64,000 bases of DNA from a virus. Shown here piece after piece: positions 60,937 through 64,000 of this stretch. The stretch lies in the IMG/VR virus record IMGVR_UViG_3300045988_124082. One strand, written 5' to 3'. The first letter of the stretch is position 1. Each line of letters opens with the position of its first letter. The notes below the pieces were generated by a model. The model was not told the DNA's origin. It saw only the letters and a list, made by a program, of their open reading frames with translations, and did not search any database. The position numbers were made by a program, and so were the translations under genes.

Positions 60937-61209
60937 GTGCTCAAGATTAAAAAGGCACATAAAGACAAAGATGAATGGATTTTATACAATCCAGACAACT
61001 TTGCATTACATACACATTGTAGGAGTTTCAGGGTCGCTTTGAGCATTAAAAAGAATGTAGAGAAGAAGCGATTACCAAGAAGCAGGAATTTACGGACATT
61101 AGAGAGTCATAGGAGAGTAACTGGTAATCGCAAATACATTCGTCAATTGGATGCACTAATAGAAGAAGTTAAAAGTGAGAAAGGAGAAAAAAAGAATGAT
61201 AATTGCTAG
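60937..61209 (+). CDS. Basic hypothetical protein
   Basis: GTG start. Confidence 0.55.
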   Translation: MLKIKKAHKDKDEWILYNPDNFALHTHCRSFRVALSIKKNVEKKRLPRSRNLRTLESHRRVTGNRKYIRQLDALIEEVKSEKGEKKNDNC

Positions 61210-61402
61210 CGTAATTAATATTATCGCAATTCTGATCTGGATTTCACTTATTGGATCGGGAGCTTATTTAATGCATACAGGTAAAAAATTAGGAGACAAA
61301 GAAAAACGAGAAAAAGGTCGTAGAACCGTCACAACAGGCTGTGTCTTTTGGTGCATTTATTATCCAATTTCAATCATTATTAGATTATTAGGAGGATTCT
61401 AA
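61196..61402 (+). CDS. Small membrane protein
   Basis: ATG behind AAAGGAGAAAAAAAG. Confidence 0.6.
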   Translation: MIIASVINIIAILIWISLIGSGAYLMHTGKKLGDKEKREKGRRTVTTGCVFWCIYYPISIIIRLLGGF

Positions 61403-61581
61403 TGAGTAAAGAAACAATTAAAATGTTTTGTATTCTTATATGGGGTTGCACTTTTATCCCCGGACTCTTTATTGAACATAAAGGAGATGTAAAAGGTGAT
61501 ATAAAATTGTCAACGATAGGTGCATTCCTCAGAATGATTGGAAGCATTTCACTATTCGTTGCGGTATTAATGAATTTTTAA
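61402..61581 (+). CDS. Unlisted 59-aa membrane protein MSKETIKMFCILIWGCTFIPGLF...
   Basis: One residue below the track cutoff. RBS AGGAGG; TAATG overlap with the previous stop. Confidence 0.55.
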   Translation: MSKETIKMFCILIWGCTFIPGLFIEHKGDVKGDIKLSTIGAFLRMIGSISLFVAVLMNF

Positions 61582-61593
61582 AAGGAGAGTCAA

Positions 61594-62127
61594 ATGAGTA
61601 AAGTATTATTAGTTTTACTTGGAGAAAGTGGAACAGGTAAAACAACAATTGCAAATGAATTAAGAAATAAGTATAACATGAAAGTTCTTCAGAGCTATAC
61701 GACTCGACCTAAAAGAGATGAAAATGAAGATGGTCATACATTCGTTTCTTTAGGAGAATATTTATTGCTAAAAGACAAAGTCGCTGAAAATAAATACAGC
61801 GGCTATTTTTATTGTGCAACTGAAGAGCAGGTTAATGAGAATGACATCTATGTATGTGACTGCGAAGGTATTAAGATGCTTCGAGAAACATATAAGGGAG
61901 ACAAAAAGATTATTGTTGTTAGACTAACATGTCCAAGAGATGAACGTATTAAGAGAATGGAGAAAGATAGAAGAACATCTCAGACCATTCTTTTAAGAGA
62001 TCTTTATGATGAGAAGGCTTTTCAGTATGCAGATATGTTAGCAGATTACATGTTAGACAATGATAATCTTGAAGAAACTGTTGATGCTGTTCGTTATATT
62101 TACGAGAAAGAATGTGAGGAAGGCTAA
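61594..62127 (+). CDS. Guanylate-kinase-like nucleoside monophosphate kinase
   Basis: GESGTGKTT P-loop; SYTTRPKRDENEDGHTFVS. Confidence 0.7.
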   Translation: MSKVLLVLLGESGTGKTTIANELRNKYNMKVLQSYTTRPKRDENEDGHTFVSLGEYLLLKDKVAENKYSGYFYCATEEQVNENDIYVCDCEGIKMLRETYKGDKKIIVVRLTCPRDERIKRMEKDRRTSQTILLRDLYDEKAFQYADMLADYMLDNDNLEETVDAVRYIYEKECEEG

Positions 62128-62687
62128 TGGAATACATAGTAGAATATCGTGCCGTTCTTAAAGAAAATAAGAGTGGGAATATTTTAGTAGAAATTCCAGA
62201 TTTGCATATGTTTTGTTATGGATCATCTATGACAGAGGCCATGGACGAAACAGAGAGATGTATTACAGAAGAGTGTATTGAGAGGCTGAGTACTAATCAG
62301 CCTCTTCCAATGGTTACAGCAAAAAAAGAAGATCTGGATTCTTACATATTGAAGAATTTTGAACAGACAATGGTGATTCCAATGTTTGTGAAATTTGATT
62401 ATACAAGACCTACTGAGATTGCAGATGTTAAAGAAAAGGCTGCTTCTTTAGGGGAGAGTGTTAAAAGATTAGGTTCTAAACTGAAAAAGTTATATGAGAT
62501 TAAAAGAGATACTCGGAAGTTGAAGAAAAAATTACATAAAGAATCTGAACAAAATCTTAAAGAAATGAAACAGATCTTTGATGAATGGCATGGAATTATT
62601 GACAAGGATATTAAAGGATCTAAAGGGAGAGCAGATGAAATTTTAGCAGAACTTAAAAATGTAGAAGATTTTGATGAGGAGGAATAA
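62127..62687 (+). CDS. HicB-like N-terminal domain protein with a charged C-terminal coiled coil
   Basis: YIVEYRAVLKENKSGNILVEIPDLHMFCYGSSMTEAMDE. Confidence 0.55.
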   Translation: MEYIVEYRAVLKENKSGNILVEIPDLHMFCYGSSMTEAMDETERCITEECIERLSTNQPLPMVTAKKEDLDSYILKNFEQTMVIPMFVKFDYTRPTEIADVKEKAASLGESVKRLGSKLKKLYEIKRDTRKLKKKLHKESEQNLKEMKQIFDEWHGIIDKDIKGSKGRADEILAELKNVEDFDEEE

Positions 62688-62690
62688 ACA

Positions 62691-64000
62691 GTGCAGGTAG
62701 TTAAGAGAGATTGTTCTTTAGTAGATTTTGATAGGACAAAAATTTATAATGCCATTATGAAAGCGATGAAAAATGGGTCAGGAATTGTCAAACCTGTTAT
62801 CGCAAAACAGATTGCGGAAGAAATTGAAGCAGAGTGTAGAGAAAAAGCAGATGATGTTGATATTTCTACAATTGAATCAAGAGTATTTTTAAAGTTAATT
62901 GAGAAAGATCAAGGACTTACAGCTAAAGCATACGAAGGGTATAGGAAAGTAAGAGAATTCCAGAGAGAAAATAATACCATAGATGATGAAATTTTTCGTT
63001 TGATCGAAGATTGTGATGATTACATTAAAGATGAAAACGCAAATAAAAATTCAGTTTTAAATCCTACAAAAAGAGATTACATAGCAGGATCAGTTAGCAA
63101 AGATGCGACAGTAAGATATTTGCTTTCTCCAGAGATTGTACAAGCACATAAAGAGGGAATTATTCATTTCCATGATACAGATTATTTTATTCAAAAGATG
63201 CACAATTGTGGATTAATTAATTTAGAAGACATGCTTCAGAATGGAACAGTGATCAGTGAAACATTGATCGAGAAGCCACATTCTTTTTCAACAGCCTGCA
63301 ATATATCAACACAAATTATTGCTCAGGTTGCAAGTTCTCAATATGGTGGACAGAGTATTTCATTGGCTCATTTGGCACCATTTGTAGAAGTTAGTAGGAA
63401 GAAAATACAAACAGAAGTTGAAAAAGAATGGGAAGGAGTTATTGTTGATGACAAAGAAGAACGATTAAGAAGAATTGTATCCGATAGATTACGTTTAGAG
63501 ATTAAAAAGGGTGTACAAACAATTCAATATCAGCTAGTGACTTTAATGACAACGAACGGGCAATCACCTTTTATTACAATCTTTATGTATTTAAACGAAG
63601 CAAGAAACGAACAAGAGAAAAAAGATCTTGCCATGCTTATTGAAGAAATGATAGTACAACGAACAGAAGGTGTTAAAAACGAAGATGGTGTATTTATTGC
63701 ACCAGCATTTCCAAAATTAATTTATGTCCTAGAAGACGATAATTGCGATGAATCTACAGAGTATTGGTATCTGACAAAATTAGCAGCAAAATGTTCTGCA
63801 AAAAGATTAGTGCCAGACTATATTTCTGAAAAGGTTATGAAAGAGCTAAAAGGAGATGTTTATACTTGCATGGGGTGCAGGTCATTCTTAACCCCTGATC
63901 GTTTCACAGACAAAGGAATTGGCAATATTGCTAACGCAAAAAATTATGATCCTAAAGAACATAAATATTATGGAAGATTTAACCAAGGTGTCGTTACTAT
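62691..64000 (+). CDS. nrdD: Anaerobic ribonucleoside-triphosphate reductase (class III), N-terminal part; runs off the window
   Basis: GTG start behind GAGGAGGAA. ATP-cone VVKRDCSLVDFDRTKIYNAIMKA; GIIHFHDTDYF. The frame is open to 64000 and is not in the track. Confidence 0.75.
   Translation, partial: MQVVKRDCSLVDFDRTKIYNAIMKAMKNGSGIVKPVIAKQIAEEIEAECREKADDVDISTIESRVFLKLIEKDQGLTAKAYEGYRKVREFQRENNTIDDEIFRLIEDCDDYIKDENANKNSVLNPTKRDYIAGSVSKDATVRYLLSPEIVQAHKEGIIHFHDTDYFIQKMHNCGLINLEDMLQNGTVISETLIEKPHSFSTACNISTQIIAQVASSQYGGQSISLAHLAPFVEVSRKKIQTEVEKEWEGVIVDDKEERLRRIVSDRLRLEIKKGVQTIQYQLVTLMTTNGQSPFITIFMYLNEARNEQEKKDLAMLIEEMIVQRTEGVKNEDGVFIAPAFPKLIYVLEDDNCDESTEYWYLTKLAAKCSAKRLVPDYISEKVMKELKGDVYTCMGCRSFLTPDRFTDKGIGNIANAKNYDPKEHKYYGRFNQGVVT

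Overview
AT-rich segment of a large Firmicutes-type dsDNA phage or prophage. It shows AGGAGG-like RBSs, tightly packed and often ATGA-coupled genes, and almost everything from 4.4 kb onward lies on the plus strand.

- **Left edge (1-4467):** two minus-strand genes, one a partial gene with eukaryotic-RdRP/YonO-like RNA polymerase motifs. They are followed by a 1.8-kb ORF-free divergent region with exact direct repeats, a C-depleted G-run tract and a ~0.9-kb hairpin-dense candidate structured RNA.
- **Most unusual block (8.7-26.7 kb):** 20 small genes from at least 4 unrelated N-terminal families all end in the same C-terminal hexapeptide, [RK][RK]-N-N-[YF]-[YW]-stop. They form two arrays (8730-14340 and 20292-22623). 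The arrays flank a duplicated pair of small genes (one ThiS/MoaD/ubiquitin-like) and a tightly coupled 574-aa protein / JAB(JAMM) peptidase / ThiF-E1-like block. Array 2 runs without a gap into a free-standing reverse transcriptase (22639-23940). Two clusters of six structure-conserved, sequence-variable hairpins follow, each ending in an ATCATAAA box, and they bracket three unknown ORFs.
- **27-43 kb, accessory genes:** a Thg1-like 3'-5' nucleotidyltransferase, Lar-like proteins, Bro-N/ORF6C regulators, an SPFH protein and a tRNA-like gene with an interrupted middle. Also Nudix plus NMN adenylyltransferase, an AAA ATPase, a DHH phosphoesterase, a sigma factor, a tyrosine recombinase and an orphan MazF-like toxin.
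- **44-59 kb, replication module:**
  - A Sak4-like ATPase.
  - A DnaB-type helicase split by a group I intron carrying a GIY-YIG endonuclease.
  - A primase and a Cas4-like nuclease.
  - A DnaE-type polymerase split by two group I introns.
  - A RecD-like helicase.
- **59-64 kb, nucleotide metabolism:** a dUTPase fusion, a guanylate-kinase-like protein and a partial NrdD.

All functional calls come from motif reading by eye. No database search was run.
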